DNA from: Eutreptiella sp. 'Long Island Sound 2002'
Taxonomy: Eukaryota > Protista > Euglenida
Assembly: GCA_964036045.1 (NCBI GenBank)
Contig: OZ038378.1
Location: forward strand, 187,550,001-187,614,000
Reading direction: 5' to 3'
Length of the DNA stretch: 64,000 nt
The translations under genes and the position numbers were made by a program. The notes under the pieces are model-generated. The model had not been told where the DNA came from. It ran no database searches and saw only the letters and a program-made list of their open reading frames with translations. Below, piece after piece: positions 62,073 through 64,000 of this stretch. The stretch's first letter is position 1, and each line of letters opens with the position of its first letter.

Positions 62073-62639
62073 ATGGACTTTAATGTTGGAGATAGGGTGT
62101 TCCACACTCGCTCCAATGGGATGCGAGTTCCTGCCACAGTGGTGGGGTTTGCGCCCGACGGCTTACTCCACTTGGAGTATTTCCAAGACGCGGTGAAGGT
62201 GGTGAATCGGCAGTGCAAAGTTGAGTCTATCTCCTTTGCCAGCCCGAGTGCCGACTCACCGCCCCCCTCCACACGCAGCCCTTCGCCCCCACCCGACGAT
62301 CGGGGAAGGAGTCCATCAAAATCGGCAACTCCATCACCCCGTGCAAAGCCGCGCGCCCCCAAGACTACAAAACGGTCTCGGGAGGCTGGTAAGCAGCTCG
62401 CTGCCACCATGAAGACCTTGAAGGGTGGGCTGAGTTCGGTAAGTTCGGAAGATTGGAAGGAAGTTCTTGAATGGCTGCTGAAGCGGAAGGAGGACACGGG
62501 CAAGATGAAGTGGGATGACGCCGCTTGGCATTTCTTACCACGATGGGGAATTGCTGACAGCAACGACCCACAGTGGGATGCCTGGCGGCGTCTATTTCAA
62601 ACAACCGCAACACATAAGTACCGGTATGTTGCTGTTTGA
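62073..62639 (+). CDS. 188-aa element-borne ORF: Tudor/SH3-like N-domain, Ser/Pro/Lys linker, Trp-spaced Myb/SANT-like C-domain
   Basis: Intact ORF; MDFNVGDRVFHTRSNGMRVPATVVGFAPDGLLHLEY...; EDWKEVLEWLLKRKEDTGKMKWDDAAWHFLPRWG...QWDAWRRLF; CTCATTTCTCAG 19 nt upstream of the ATG. Confidence 0.6.
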   Translation: MDFNVGDRVFHTRSNGMRVPATVVGFAPDGLLHLEYFQDAVKVVNRQCKVESISFASPSADSPPPSTRSPSPPPDDRGRSPSKSATPSPRAKPRAPKTTKRSREAGKQLAATMKTLKGGLSSVSSEDWKEVLEWLLKRKEDTGKMKWDDAAWHFLPRWGIADSNDPQWDAWRRLFQTTATHKYRYVAV

Positions 62640-62853
62640 TGCTTTCCATGGGTCCCAGGGTCCTGAATTCTGCACCTTGCAACCCCTGCTGGTACACCAG
62701 GAATTTTTTTTTTTGGTCTGATGCTTGCCATGGGTCCCAGAGTCCTGAATTCTGCACCCTGCAGCCCCTGCTGGTACACCGGGAATTTTTTTTTTTTAGT
62801 CTGATGCTTCCCATGGGTCCCAGGGTCCTGAATTCTGCACCCTGCAACCCCTG
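62637..62853 (+). repeat. ~82-bp tandem repeat x2.6
   Basis: TGATGCTTnCCATGGGTCCCAG(G/A)GTCCTGAATTCTGCACC at 62637, 62719 and 62802; inverted homologues at 63129-63182 and 12203-12254. Confidence 0.85.
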
Positions 62854-63002
62854 TTTTGCATCTGATGCACCCATTCTGCCCTCTTTGTGCAGAGTGACGC
62901 AAAACGCGTTCAAGAAGGGTGGTTCCGCACGCATTGGGGCACATGCTCGTGCACCGGCCGAGGTCCACGGTGGTGGTAATCCTGAAGCTCCGGAGACCCT
63001 GT

Positions 63003-63326
63003 GGGGGCGTACCGTGCGCTGTGCGCGCGCTGTGCACGCACTGCGAAAAGTTGGCTGTTCTCCACCACCAGGGGTTCGGTAAGTTCAGAAGATTGAAAGG
63101 ACGTCATTGAATGGCTGCTGCAGTGGACGGGGCTATAGGGGGCAGAATTTAGGTCCCTGGGACCCATGGCAAGCATCAGATGTTTGAACTTTTGAGTTTT
63201 GAATTGATTGTGCATGATTCCGCAGGTGGGTGGTTTTCAGGGTTGTTACCTGGATAATCACCGTAATAATTGGCGCTGTGCGCGCGCTGTGCCCGCGCTG
63301 TGCGCCCGCTGTGCGAAAACGCCCCC
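63003..63326 (+). mobile_element. Family B minimal unit (324 bp)
   Basis: Nearly identical to 12097-12389. Confidence 0.88.
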
Positions 63327-64000
63327 ACAGTGCCACAGTCGTGGTCAAAAATGGTGTCAAATGATGGCACACATGGTTTTGCATTTAGTGATTGTGTACT
63401 GTGTTGGACGTTTTTGCTGCTACCCTTCCAATCTAATGCATACGGATGGCCCATGTGTTGAGGGACCAGGCGTTTCATTCCAGCGATTAAGCAAATTGCA
63501 ACACAAGAGTGACGAGCTGGTCGATTGCCGCTGCCTATTCATCCATCCATCAATCATCAATAAGCGCTTCTTAGTGCTGAGGAAGCACCCAGGGGCTCAA
63601 ATAACGGAGAGAGTGGATTTGCAAAGAGCACGGGCCAGGGTTTGCATGATGTTCCAGTGAGCAGGCACATGGAGGGTTCTGACTTCATTTTTCTTTGGGC
63701 CGGCCTGAGGCGTGCAGAACACCAGAGCATCTCCAGAAGGCGGCAGTCTTGCAGAAAGGAGAGTGCCAGTATTTCTGCATTCTCCATACCTCTTTTCAAA
63801 GGCTTAATCGTAGTTGGCCAAACTTTGTGCGCCTAATGTACGGGATACAAGGTGGATGTGGTTGTGAGGGCAGGGGATTGAAGTTCCCAATCTCGAGACT
63901 TTACAGGGATGCTGTTTCAAAATGCGCGAATCTCGGGAAAATCGGGGCAAATAGGGATTCAATTTAGATTTTTGATGATTTATGTGGAAAAATGGGGAAA

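Larger units (their letters stand above)
61811..63326 (+). mobile_element. Family B compound element carrying a Tudor-like/Myb-like ORF
   Basis: Left end GGGGGCGTACTGTGCGCTGTGCGCGCGCTGTGC; second left end at 63003; right end ACGCCCCC; flanks ATA/ACA (one mismatch). Confidence 0.6.

Noticed and set aside
1-64000. CRISPR array, rRNA, intact tRNA, spliced-leader RNA gene, intact transposase
   Set aside because: None seen; repeats are tandem or TE-like without regular unique spacers, and no catalytic DDE ORF was recognised

Overview
Eukaryotic, repeat-dominated 64-kb window (roughly 50% GC, very many C/G homopolymer runs, interstitial CCCTAA repeats). A flagellated protist, possibly a euglenid, is inferred from TTAGGG-type repeats, kb-sized GT-AG introns, a BART-domain gene and splice-acceptor-like sites just before start codons; this is not proven. 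Three host genes are supported: a 5-exon SET-domain methyltransferase (20400-33226, all intron phases consistent, 367 aa), an intronless ARL2BP/BART-domain gene (38467-39162) and an intronless MFSD1-like MFS transporter (45717-47150). Most of the rest is non-autonomous transposons. (i) Families A/B/C/J have GGGGG/GAGGG/GGG ends, 3-bp TSDs and GC-rich 9-11-bp subterminal repeats in the same orientation at both ends (PIF/Harbinger-like), with a different interior in almost every copy. (ii) Families D/E/F/I have poly-C/poly-G ends, mostly with TA TSDs; a separate TA-flanked element has a 27-bp TIR. (iii) A tandem 1.14-kb element sits in telomeric hexamers at GGG^TTA. (iv) There is a decayed LINE RT fragment and a short (CT)n-tailed repeat. 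The most striking pattern is a recurrent Tudor/SH3-barrel-like mini-ORF, preceded by a pyrimidine-AG-ATG module, carried by at least five elements of both the 3-bp-TSD and TA-TSD groups, alongside PHD-like and Myb-like cargo. A GC-rich multi-hairpin ending in T10 (56034-56244) is a candidate structured RNA. Domain calls are by eye only; no database searches were run.
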